From contig JAKMXF010000343.1 of NCBI GenBank assembly GCA_024704765.1, forward strand, positions 558,001-622,000: a stretch of 64,000 nucleotides of DNA. Direction: 5' to 3'. The notes under the pieces are model-generated. The model was not told the origin of the DNA. It did no database searches and was given only the letters and a program-made list of their open reading frames with translations. Every line of letters starts with the position of its first letter. Within the stretch, counting starts at the first letter, position 1. This DNA is from Oopsacas minuta (taxonomy: Eukaryota > Animalia > Porifera). Made by a program: the position numbers and the translations under genes. This document shows positions 37,810 to 50,514 of this stretch, piece by piece.

Positions 37810-38615
37810 AAACATCTGTTCATGGTGGACAATATACAATTCATAATTATTTCTCGGTACAAGAACCGTCTCCAGTTATATCTTCATTTCAAGCCCCAAC
37901 ATCTCAGCAAGAATCTCTGATCTCTCTTGAGTTACAAACAGGTTCAATTCTAAATGAGTGTTCTCAAGTTTCAAACTGTAATGTGGGAAACACAAGCAGT
38001 CTGATTGCTTGTGGCCTAGGTGAAATAAAGTATGGTCATTATGGAAAGATTCTACAGTCTAACTAGATTTGTTGAAACAGATACAGACGGAATAATACAA
38101 AAAGGCGTAATTCTGACATGAAATGAGATGGGGTTAACTTCAAAATTGTTAGCCCTTGGTGAAGATGGAGCTGCGGTCATGAGTGGGCAGCATTCGGTGT
38201 AATCGCAAAAATTCAAGAAATATACCCGGAAACGATCTATATACACTGTGCTGTTCACCGTTAAATTTGTGGTAACTGCATATTTTAAGCAAATCAAATC
38301 TGCAAATTCAATTATTAATACATAGAAATCGCTTCAAATATTTTCAATGTATCAAAAAATATAGAGCTATTCGGAAAAATACACAAAGAATATATCCTAA
38401 CCAAAAAGTAATGGTTGCATCGCAAATTACCGAAGTTTGGTGATCTTGCAAATTTTTGGAATGCATACCATATTGAAAAGAATTCAGTCTGTGTTAGTTA
38501 CTCTTAAAGAAATTGAGCAATCTCATTCTACACTACAAGACACAGCAGTAAGACTTCATCACAAGATGTATTCTGGTAACTTTGTAATCTCTTTGGTGTT
38601 TTTAGGTGAGGTGTA
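37810..38615 (+). pseudogene. Degenerate hAT (ZMYM1/DUF4371-like) transposase
   Basis: EDGAAVMSGQH/GVIAKIQEIYPETIYIHCAVHRLNL with frameshifts. Confidence 0.78.
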
Positions 38616-41600
38616 GGTGTATAACTTCATCGGTTGATCCCAATACATACGTTTAGTTATAGTTTATACCAAATACTAAAATACCAATATTTAATTTGTT
38701 GAATATATCACCTTCTCTAATGAATACACTATTGCGTTGAATATATTGGGGCGCTTGAGCGCCCCAATGAGAGCTATACCAAACTCTCGGAGAAGTTAAC
38801 TGAGAGGGTTCAATTACCTCTACTGGCGGCTGTGGTCGACAAAGAGCAGAACGAGCAAATCCGAGATGTGCGGAGACGTTGTTCCACTGTTGGTGGAACA
38901 ACGTCTCCAATCTCAGAATTCATTGCCGAGCCAGAAACAGAAGAACCACCCAAAAATATCGTTCTTTGGTTCTATGCGGAACAACTTCCAACCTGTAATG
39001 CATATTGGGGGTGCAACGCTCGACTTGCAGCAATAGTACGATATGTATATCAATTGTGGAGTTGCATCAGATTATGATGAAGAAGATCCCCTGACTTATT
39101 GGGTCACAGTCCAACACCCTAAAATTATGGATCCACCACTGGGCATGCTCCTGGTAAACCCATGAAACACCTTGCCTATCGTCCGGCCCCCTGGATACTT
39201 CGCGCCCTCCTAGCGATGTCCCTGGAAGGAGCACACATTTCCCCTGGACGCCAGAGTTTTGTATCGCTCGCCCATTTCAAAGTTAGATTCCTGTCATCAT
39301 ACGCTTATCTATTCGTTGCACACATTTCAGTATAATATCTAAATTTTTCGTCTCAGAGTGCAATCACTAATAATATACATATTTATGCATGTCATACAGC
39401 AACAAGGCCGTAGACAACTTTCAAACCTGAGGGAGGCTTTAGCCCCCAAGTCCACAACTTTGTCTACGGCCTTGAACTATATACTATTAAATACTATGAA
39501 TTAATGTTTATCTAGCATTTGGGATCACTGGACGAATAGACATTATGCTAATTCACGAACTAGAACGTAGAGCTGATTATTTTGGTATTATTATTGTATA
39601 AGTAATACTATAACATTTGATCATTTTGTAGCGGTTAACAAGTGGACATTATTGCTCTGCCAAAATAATAAGTTGAGGGGTTTGGACATTTGAAAGCTTA
39701 GATAAAGAATGCGGAGAAATCATTAATATATTAGCATAATTTCTAATAATCTATCTGTAACACCGCCCACGTATCAAGTATCACTTAGATTTATAGTTGT
39801 GTTGGAAATGGATTACAGATTGGATTGGATCCATTCGGACAAGGGCACAAATATATAAGCCTCCTCGATGTGTAGCTAACCCATGAAAAATGTGAATTTT
39901 AGATTTCCATCAGAATTAGCATGTATCTGTTCATAGGTAAATAACCTCCAACCAGAGGTGTCGTATCTTATCTTCATTTGGAAATACTAAAATTATTTTG
40001 GAAAGAATTGAGCTTTCTATAAAACACAAGAAAATAGAGAATATAAGGTTGTGTATTAATCCTTTGGGTAACTCAATAGTTCATGTATCGAGGGAATGTA
40101 TTTGCTTTATCTGGAAGGTCCTATTTACAGTAGAACTTCTATAAATAGGGGAGGTTGGGCCAGCGAATCTTTTGATAACCCCCACTCCCATTTAGAATTT
40201 CAAATGTCCTTTAACCAGAGATTTTTTAGTCATATGTATAGCCACTTCTTCCAACGACTGTTTTTTCAATGATATTTGATTACTATAATTGCTCTTGTTG
40301 GTTGAATATTCAAATTTGTACGAAACTTTTTCTGATAAATCAAAAATTTCAATCAATCAACCGATAAATAAGTGTATTTTCCAAATTTAGCATAAAAATT
40401 GATTATTCAAGAAAGTTTATAGTAGAATTCCCCACCATTAGAGGTGTTTCAATGGTGTAGGCATGATTATACGCCACTCCCGCTTATAAATGCAATGGGT
40501 ATTAATGAAGGTGGGCCAAAATTGCAGAGCCTTCGATAGCAAGACCGGGCCCCGGATTAAGTGATACGCGTGTTACATTTGAAGTAGACTAAGTAGTAAG
40601 TAGGGATTTGTAGAATAATCTGTTTTACAAAGGAGATAAGTATATGGCACATATGTCATTGAATTATTTTGTAAGATCAACCCCCTTTATAGCCGATGAG
40701 AGCAAGTAATTCTATAAATTTTGAGATCTTGCTAATTTGTTCACTTTATATTCATAAAAACAACAATAAATTTATATATCAACGGACAAACAAACAAATA
40801 ATGCCACATTGGGACTCAGCATACTCGATTAACCCAGGATAGTCTTTGAAAGCATGTTCTACCACAATTTTGAAATTTGTATATTTTATATTCATAAAAA
40901 CAATACTAAATTTAACATTAAAATTACATAAGAGAAACTTGAAAATGCGAAATTCGGATTCAGCGTACCTAGCATCTGGCGTAAACTTGGTGTGTGCGGC
41001 GGGTGCTAAGACACGGGGACGGCTGTGGTGCTATGCTGCCAAAGGTGTCTGGCATCCTAGCATTTTCAAACCGGACTAACCCCAGAAACTCAATTAAGTA
41101 GGTGGCGAGCGAAAAAATTTTCTCTTAGCAAAAATTAAGTCAAATAAGGTTTCCTATTTTTAGTGTCGGTTGTCATCCCAAGATTAAATCTTATCTGGCG
41201 TTGCTCATTCCTCATTACGAATTCATCAACAACCTGTGATTGGTCAAGTGTATCGACACTTGACCAATCTCAGCTTGTTGTTCTTGTACGCAGACAATGT
41301 GCACAAATGGTTAAGTTTGTTTTGACTCATCGTCATCCTTATGTAGTTCTTCAGGCTTCGGAGCACAGGAAAACTTCTTTAGGCTTCACAAGAGGTAGAT
41401 GGAAGAGTCAAATACATCCTAAGCAGAGTTGCTAAGTCTTGGAGGAGGTTGGCCAGGGTGCTGTTTCTTGTCATTTATTCAGAAAAATATATTACTAAGG
41501 AATGAACAAAGTGTCGTGGTACTCTGTGTGTTTTGAGGGAGTTTACGCCGGTGGTGCTTAGTTACTCCTGGGTAGCCGTTTAGAGGAAGCCGGTGCGTAT

Positions 41601-42577
41601 ATTTGAGATTGGGCTAATTTGTTTACTTTATATTCATAAAAACAACAATAAATTTACATATGATTAATCCAAAAGTGTGAAAATCGGATTCAGCATGTTG
41701 GATATATTTAGTGAAGTTTTATTGAATTCTATTTACTTCCTTGATAAACACGATAAATACAAAGTTATGAGGCAAATTCAAAAGTGCATACAGTAAATCC
41801 TTTCCTTGACAACGAACAAATAAACAAACAAACAACAATTGAGATTTAATTATATAGATTTCAATCTTATCATTAATTTACCAATTATATTTTAGTTTTA
41901 ATAAGAGCTAGACCGTCTATTTATAAACAGTGTAGGAATTGTCTGAATTGGTGTAGGACATAATCCTACATTCCTTGTAGAACATATTCCACGTTCCCCT
42001 GTTAATGTCCAATATCAAAGTTTTCAACATTTCTTTCATTTTGTTAGTGTAAACATTGGGTTCATATAAGTGGTACAGAATAGCGTGGATGGGGAGCACC
42101 CGTCACCAGAATTAATATACATATTATGAATCATAGAGGTATCCAAAGTCATGACAATACACTATAATCTGCTCAAATTGCAAATCGTAAAGTTTCGGGA
42201 AGCTTTACTCCCATTTCATATCATGTCATATTAAAATATTCCAAGCCAAATCATTATTAGTCAGTTAAGGGAATATATTTAAGGATTCGAATTTGTAACA
42301 GGTTGCATATCTATTTATGTGTACTTGTATGCTGTAGTATTCCTATCTGCACAATGAGTTTATTACCTGCTGATCGTGATAATCATCATGTAAATAACTT
42401 TATAATCCATTAATTAATACATATAAAACTGCAATCAATTGATGTCTATTGTCAAATTATATTTTAATAAAGAACATCTTCGAGAAGCGAACATTTCTCT
42501 ATAACGGACAAAAGCCCAATGTGTCCGTTATTCGGACAACCTATTGTATATACTATAAAGTAGCTTAACCTAACAAT

Positions 42578-44158
42578 TTATGAATATACTATACTAAGGG
42601 ATGCACAGCAGAATGAGAGAGCCCCAACAATACTGACAAATATTATAGTAATATTGTTAGAATACCAGCCTGAGAAGGATGTTCTAGCTTCTACATTGAA
42701 TAAGAATTCTCTTATTTTCCCAGTGATTGCTTTTTGTTTGTGTGTGATGTTTTGAATCTCTGAATCTGTTTCAATTATGTGTGAACTTTTGTTTGTGACT
42801 GTGAGTGATGATTCCTTTCTAAATTTCTCAAGTTCAATTCTGCATAAACGTTTCGATTGGATTTGAGAAGCACAAGGGATTAGAAACTGCAATATTAACG
42901 CAATTAAACCAGCTATCTTTAGTAATGCTACCAAATTTGATACGAACAAACTTCCTATTAATGGTATAAATGCTATAATCAACCGGAACAAAAGTTTCCC
43001 AAATCTATCCAACCTTGTGAAGCTACCCTGAGAAGTATCTCTACACATTACAACTAAGTATATATTGTTCGATATTGTGGTGACGAGTAGGGCATAGATT
43101 GACAGAACATCTAATGAAGGAAACAGTAAAATAAAGTATGATATCGTCCTCACGAATATGCTATTCGGAAAAGATACAAAATATGCCCAATTTAATGAAG
43201 CATTTTCATTCACCAAATGCAAGAAGGCAACTGATACGGTTAATCCTACAATTGCATATGCAAGCCATAAAGATATGAAAACCATGATATACATTGGTTT
43301 GAGATGATTCTTTGGTGTTATAGGATGTGACAAAGGAGATATACCGTGATTTAAGTTCAGAGCATATGCTATCACTGGAAGAGTAACCAACCACTTTTGA
43401 ATGTCAAACCTCAACAACAAATTTACTGTATTAGAATTTTCTCTTTGCAGTTGAGATGGAATTGGGTTGCTTGGGTTGTAAACGTTATATATGATAATAT
43501 AGATAGAGAAAATTGTGATTGAAAGGAAGGCTATATATCTCAAAATCGCGAATGTAGCCTGAATGTATTTCTGTTCATTCAACTCTAATGAAGACAGAAA
43601 CATCACCAATATACTGAATACTGATACACAAATCCTGTAAAAATTAACACAGCGTACTTCCATAGGGAAAAAAGTTATCGAAAAATCATTTTGTCTACAT
43701 TCACCAAATATTGATGAGTTAATATGTATGTTTATGGACCATGCAGTAGCTGCTACCGCTGAATAACTCCAGAGAGTTATAGCGATAAATAACGTTAGAA
43801 TTAGGAGATTGAGGATCTTACCAGGGAGACCAAATAGTACTTCACCTATTTCTGTCAGCTCAAACTTTCGTGTTTCTGAGATTTCATAATAGCACCCATT
43901 TAGATATTCTTGTTGTATAAACTCACTTTCACTGCCTCGTATATGATGCAATGCATTCGTTCTAGCCATAGACTCCAACATCCATAATGATGTAATACAG
44001 GTAGTGATAGAAATAAGCGTTAAAGTTAAGAAACCAGGTATCACGCCTGCGTAATAGAAAGTGAATGGCAGACCTAGAAAGCCTGTGCCCATAATGAAGT
44101 TAATATGATAGAGATAACCGATTAGGGCGTTGAATTGAAGTGGATTTTCATTTTGCAT
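42578..44158 (-). CDS. Aa_trans/TMEM104-like transporter, second copy
   Basis: 526 aa; 6 aa differences from 16181..17761 by inspection. Confidence 0.8.
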   Translation of the reverse strand: MQNENPLQFNALIGYLYHINFIMGTGFLGLPFTFYYAGVIPGFLTLTLISITTCITSLWMLESMARTNALHHIRGSESEFIQQEYLNGCYYEISETRKFELTEIGEVLFGLPGKILNLLILTLFIAITLWSYSAVAATAWSINIHINSSIFGECRQNDFSITFFPMEVRCVNFYRICVSVFSILVMFLSSLELNEQKYIQATFAILRYIAFLSITIFSIYIIIYNVYNPSNPIPSQLQRENSNTVNLLLRFDIQKWLVTLPVIAYALNLNHGISPLSHPITPKNHLKPMYIMVFISLWLAYAIVGLTVSVAFLHLVNENASLNWAYFVSFPNSIFVRTISYFILLFPSLDVLSIYALLVTTISNNIYLVVMCRDTSQGSFTRLDRFGKLLFRLIIAFIPLIGSLFVSNLVALLKIAGLIALILQFLIPCASQIQSKRLCRIELEKFRKESSLTVTNKSSHIIETDSEIQNITHKQKAITGKIREFLFNVEARTSFSGWYSNNITIIFVSIVGALSFCCASLSIVYS

Positions 44159-45745
44159 ATTTTTATAAATAGGAAATTCAATAATGCTTCATTTACTGTT
44201 TATATATTATTGGAAAGTATTCTGTCACGAGAGATTTTGGATAATTAACAGAACAAGAGTTCTGAATCCTTACAATAGGCAAGTTATATACAATACTGTA
44301 TACCCCATGATTGGAAACTATGTCTAGCAAGCTAATTCATTAGTTACTCAATGAATATATAGCTATACTAAACTCTATTAATCTGAATATTTATATTATT
44401 AAATTGTCATTTTTGTCTGTTTGTCAGTTGTCAAGGAAAGGATTTATGGAATGTTGTATTGAATTCGTAAATTTGTTGTTGATTTTATGAGTATAAAGTA
44501 AACAATTAGTTGAAATCTCATAATATAAGTAGAGACTTGCTCTTAACAGCTACAATGAGGTAAGTACACTGAATCCGAATATCTCATTTTAAGTTTATCA
44601 TACGTAAATTTATAGTTGTTATTATGAATACAGTATAACCGCGTTAATCCGAACAGGTACGAAGGTTTATATAACTTTAGAAAACGTTCTAAAATGTTCA
44701 AAAATAACTAATTGTATCTAGGCGTAGTTCTACTTTGGGTAAATATATATTGCTATATTACGCATTTCTGCAACCTTTACATCGTTTGTAGAAATTTCGA
44801 AAAAATGTCCACTCTCTATGGTATAGTATTGTTCATATGCATATCGCTATACAAATTATTTCACTAATCCGAACGATTAATTTACAATTGGAACAGTGCT
44901 GTTTGGATTTGCGAGGATTTACTGTTTACAGTAAATAAATTCATAAATAGTCTCACAAACTTGATTTCAACGAGTATTCTGAGGTAATGGAATACACTGA
45001 TTCCAAATATGATGGCGTCAACAAAGTATTGTGAATGGTGTTGTTGTTGTTGTTGTTGTTGTTGTTAAGATGTATAAGGTATTTCAATAACAAATGAAAC
45101 CAGGATTCTAAGAACTTACGATAGTTTACTATAGTTTATTAACCACAGGACACAGAAGTTCAAATTATTTCTTTAACTAACCTTAATACATTATTGCATA
45201 GATATGCTATTAGTATTGACTATATTAAACACCTGGCATAGTAGATATAACGCCTAATAACAAAATTAATAGGAAAGAACATTTCACTACAAGACATAAA
45301 AACTCAATACTAGATAAAACTCGTAGAGTAGAATTCAGATAAGACGTACCCTAGTTTAGACGAACTAAGTTTTATTCCCGAGGCCGTACGTCTTATACGA
45401 GTTCTATAGTATTTAGTATCAACAACCTAATAAATAAATATGTAAGTATTCTTACCTAGTACTAGATTCTGATCCCTAGAATATTAGGTTTTGAAACCAC
45501 TCCCCAGTTTATCAGGGGCATTGCCCCTTATGCCTCCCTTCGCGACCTGGCATGAATCACCAGTTTAAATATGCTCTGAATAGGGGAATACAGTATTATC
45601 ATCGCTAAATCTCAATTAATAGAAACCAAGGTTGCAACCGAATATCAGTATTCGGTTAGACTACTATTCATGGATACTGATATTCGTTTCGAGCGGTTTC
45701 AACCTTGATAGGAACACAAATAATAAGAGATAAGATGACAAAAGA

Positions 45746-46282
45746 ATGGCAACAATATTTTGGGATAGGGAAGGAATTATACACTTCGACTGGTTGCCTG
45801 AGAAGACCACCATAAACAGTGAGTATTACGTTGATGAATTGAAAGAATTGCGTCAAGCGATTAAACATGAGAGGAGAGGCAAGTTGACACGTGGCGTATT
45901 GCTGCAACATGACAACGCAAGGCCCCATGTAAGCTCCAAGACAATGGCTTCAATTGACGACTTAGGATTCGAATGCCTTCCTCATCCCTCGTATAGTACA
46001 GAACTGGCTCTCAGCGACTACTGGCTGTTTGGAGAGACGAAGAGACCCTTTCGAGGGAAGAGATTTGAGGATTTCAAACGGCTGGAGTACGAAATACAAC
46101 AGTGGGAAAAAGGGACCCCTAAAGAATTCTATACCACTGGGCTGGAAAAGTTACCAGAACGATGGAAACGATGTATAAAGTTAAAGGGGGAATTTATTGA
46201 AACATTTGATAATCAATTATGATAAGTATAGGTTTACTATATAAATTATGAAAAAAAGTATCATTTTATTGAACAACCCTTG
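45746..46282 (+). mobile_element. 5'-truncated mariner (D34D) transposase relic
   Basis: HDNARPH...ALSD with 34 residues between the two Asp; terminus ttattgaacaacccttg-TA. Confidence 0.9.
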
Positions 46283-46489
46283 TATGAAAATAAAGTAATC
46301 AAATTATCCAAATCTCAAAATATGAGCACAGGCTTCCTCTAAACGGCTATCCAGGAGTAACTAAGTACGCTGAGCCAGAAATTCGCATTTTAAGTTCCCC
46401 ATATGTAAATTTATTGTTGTTTTTACGAAAATAAAGTAAACAAATTTCAAAATTGAGGTGGTAGAATCATACTTTCAACGACTATACTG

Positions 46490-48290
46490 GGTGCAAAACA
46501 GGAAATGCATAAAGCTGTGTAAAGTTCACTCATGTATTCCAGAGTTGTTGAACTTGTTAGCCTAGCCATTATAAACATTATAATTTGTTTAGTCCTTCTG
46601 GATGGCTTTAGAGAACTTTTCTTTTCTAGTTTGTAACTAAAACTGTACATTATGTGAGCTGAGCAAGTGTGGAGTATCGAGCTGGTAGAAATTAGTTTCC
46701 GAGTCACTATGATGAATTTTTTGCCAGCAGTTGGTCAGGTAAATTTCTAAACTTTGAAAATTTGAATGCATTACAAGTACTGTGCAACATTGGCAAGCTA
46801 AAGTCTACTTCTATGTGAGTAGGAGTAATATCCTTGATTAGAACTTTTTTTACATTATAACGCCATTTTTGCAAAAATGTGTGATTTCGATATTGGTCTG
46901 ATCGCTACTGATGATTTCACCAAGCGGAATTGGACTGACTAGGATGTTTAATTGTTAGAACGTAGTATAAAGATTTTTTCTGACATTTATCTAATTTACA
47001 AATAACTGATCCAGTGGCATCTAGATGCAATGTAAATTTTTCAAAAGGAATCGTTTTTTGGATAAGTATTTGTTCTTCCGTGTGCATGTGGATTACAAAA
47101 GGATTCCTAGACAATGTTTGAATATACACATTCAAGACAGTTCCTTTAATGGCACTATCGTACGTCTTTGAGTAATTATAACATCATTGAACATCTCGTC
47201 ACTAATTCTACATTTGGATGCTTGTTCAAACTTAATTTTTCGAATCACCTCGGCAGATTTTAGGTAGTTCATATTTCCATGTAACGCAATTGTTAATTTG
47301 GAAGTATTATCAAACTGCTCATAATGATACTTACTTGGCAAATTATATTGTAACTCTTTTGCAATTAATTCTCTGGCTTGTCCTGATAATTGTCTACTAT
47401 AGGATGTTCCATTGTTGAATGTTGACTTGAATGTGTTCCTATGACATTAACTGTAACCGTTAAATTTTCAACTGCAAAATTGGGTAGACAATTTATGGCG
47501 ATTCTTAGGTTGATACAACTTGCAAATTTGCATTTGGCCTCGGCGACAAAATAATGACATTTCTTTCGAGGGGAATTGAGGTTGATGCGATGATACAATA
47601 ATATTAGGACACAATATGGGAAAAACAGTCGACAAATTAGTGGTAAAAACATTTGTCCATTCACTATGTAGTGAAACTGCCTTATCTAATGGGCAGAGAA
47701 GTAACCATTCGCTCTGGGTTAAACTAAATTGATTTGACTCACGATTGTCTGAAGAATCTATTGAGTGAGTTTGCAGTGATAAGTCTGCGTAATTATCTGG
47801 ACGAAATTTGCAGTCACAAATCAATCAATACCATAGATGGAGTTTTGTTGAATTGATCATTATAAAAGTTTGTAAAATGGCGGATCGTTGGATTTTTTGT
47901 TTTATTTTCTCCATTTCTATCAAAGTTCTCACTTTTGGAACAAAGTTCACGTTTTTGATCAAGATTCGACAAAAAATCGATTAAACTAAACAGATTCAAA
48001 ATTACATAGGATAATATATAAATTTGTATCAATTCGCGTGAATATTGAAATTCAGTATATATTACCTGATTGTCTTGGTCCAGGATATAGCTGGACATCT
48101 CCACACTGACTGATAATAATGTTGATTAAGACCAATATTATACGACAGATGAATATGGAAATATGATGTGAAAAAGAAGGGAGAGAACAACTTGGTTTAC
48201 AACATTTGCAAAATGACAATCGGTTATTAGGTATCTTCATACCAAACCAAATAATTAAGATTTTTGGAAAATGAAAAATCAATGAAGAAA
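46490..48290 (-). pseudogene. Mutator (MULE)-superfamily transposase relic, possibly NOF/FB-like
   Basis: Frameshifted pieces LHLDATGSV, IEVDFSLPM, LHTCSAH match the MULE D...D...CxxH order. Confidence 0.72.
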
Positions 48291-49882
48291 TTTAAAATCC
48301 GCTGAATTAAGTCCAAAAAAAAGATAATAATATAGAAAATCGCCCAAATACTAGATATATAGTATGGTAGAAATGATTATCATCATTATCAATTCATCAG
48401 AAACTTTAACACAGATGGCGCAATTTTCAGAAAACTGATATTGCAATCAAGTAAAATAATACAGCAAAAAGTATGGTTTTACACTACGAACAATATCTTG
48501 AATCAGAATAAATATTAATAAAAACAAATTTGTAGAAAATGCAAAATACAACAATCCACCTTTAGTTCATCATATGGGACCTCTCTACACCCTATGGTAA
48601 CAGAATTATAACGATTCAAATTGTGCTCGATTCTGGCTGTTAGCTCGCTGCTAACTTACACTCGTATACCATGAGAGTATGAGGGAGAAATTTAATAGGT
48701 AAACTATATGAAGAGGAGTATCATAATCGTAGATATCCAAACAGAAAAAAATAACAGTATTTTATAGTTCTATTATAAATGAATAGAATAATATAATAGC
48801 ACATATTTTGAGACTCCCGCTTTTTTGGTCAACCTCCCGCAAAAATGGTAAAGGCCTCCCGCTTTATGGTTTAGAGAGGTTGGCATCCCGGCTTAGAGAG
48901 TGACTCCTCTAAGGATACTCAGTAATACAAAACACAAATAAACAAATTTACCAATGCCAAAATATACATACAGACTTGCTCTAAACGGCAACACAGGGAG
49001 TTGATCTTACAAAATAATTCAATAACAAATATGCCATATACTTATGTCTAAATATATCTATATTATAATACTCAAATAGTACAATTTTACGATCATTCTA
49101 TGTCAGGTGTGATTATCCTGCTTGGAGGATTGGGCCTGAACCGGATACGAGTTGCCAGGGGGCATTGTTCCAGGACCAAGGATTTTACCATGGAGGTGGG
49201 GGACATTGCTCCCTGTGCCCCCAACGGCGAAGTCCCTGGCTAAGAGGGGCTTACCAGCTAAGCCATCAAAAATTTGCGGAATTTAACCCCAAATTCGCGA
49301 AAACAAGTCCCTCAGTTACTCTAGACACCTAGATATAGCTATACCGAAATCTTTATTGATTAAATATTCGATGTATTTCACTTTTCAAAATATGTTTATT
49401 GTATTCAGGATTATGAATATCAAATATATCAAAGAGTGTACTCCGATTCAGAAATATCAATAACTACATGGGAAATCCACAATGTGTATTTTGCCTAAAA
49501 TATCGAGCATTTGAATTATCAAATCTATGTTTTACGTGTTTTGACATAAATTACAACTCAAGACAACTCTATTATTAAGGGATATATATTAGATGACAAT
49601 TGTCCAATCAATTTCAAATTATGTGGAAATGGTGCCTGGACCAGGGAAGTTATTGAATTAATTAAAATGACTACGAAGGGGGAACGAATTTAATCAAATA
49701 ACAAGATACATAACTCAAACAAGAAAAATCAAGATAATCTTCACAAATCTAATACACTAAGAAAATCTAATATCTGCATCTATCTATCTCAGTGAAATCT
49801 AATGCACACACTATAATCTAAGAATAGTATACTTATGTTTAGTTCGTAAAGTATTTTCACACAATAATTACGATAAATATTC

Positions 49883-50514
49883 TCAGGTAGAGTAGTCGTT
49901 AGGAGAAGAAGCTTCCAAAGGAGGTTTTTCTATTGAAAGGTCAACTTTTTTCTCAGGCGAATATGCAAGATTTATGTTCACATCTTGGTTATAAGTTTCA
50001 TTCCCGCGTGCTGGAAGATCAAAAAGCTGAGGATTAGTCTGAGACTTCACTGATTTTTTCAAAGAGTTCCTCTTCATAAAAAAGCAAACAACTACTGCAA
50101 TCACTAAAATCAGCAGCAGTAGAATTATAATAATGACTACCCCCACCACTATGACGTAAAAGACTGGATTAGTCGTAGGAATTATTACATTGCTGTCTGT
50201 AGATTGAGTGATGTTATTAGTTGGAGTTGCGATTGGTTCGCGGAAGTGATAAGTAGTTGCTGAAACATTTTCTGTTGAGAATGGGATCTGAAATTCTACT
50301 CGAATTGTGTAATTTACATTTCCTTGTAGATTAGTTATTTCGTAATGGTGAAATAGTGTTGTACCAACGAGAAATTCATAATCTTCTAATCCCAAATATA
50401 TTGAGAATATTACATCAGTATAACTAGCATTAGATTCTGATAACTCCCAAAATACGAGTACTGAACTTTCCCCGGAAGATTCTGCTCTTAAATTAATGAT
50501 ACTTTGTGTAGATT
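49883..50514 (-). CDS. Gene C FN3+TM+tail exon
   Basis: 632 nt, homologous to 33870..34501. Confidence 0.85.

Larger units (their letters stand above)
37207..46490. repeat. Right arm of large inverted segmental duplication
   Basis: Reverse complement of about 13100..25035 minus the left-arm inserts. Confidence 0.9.
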
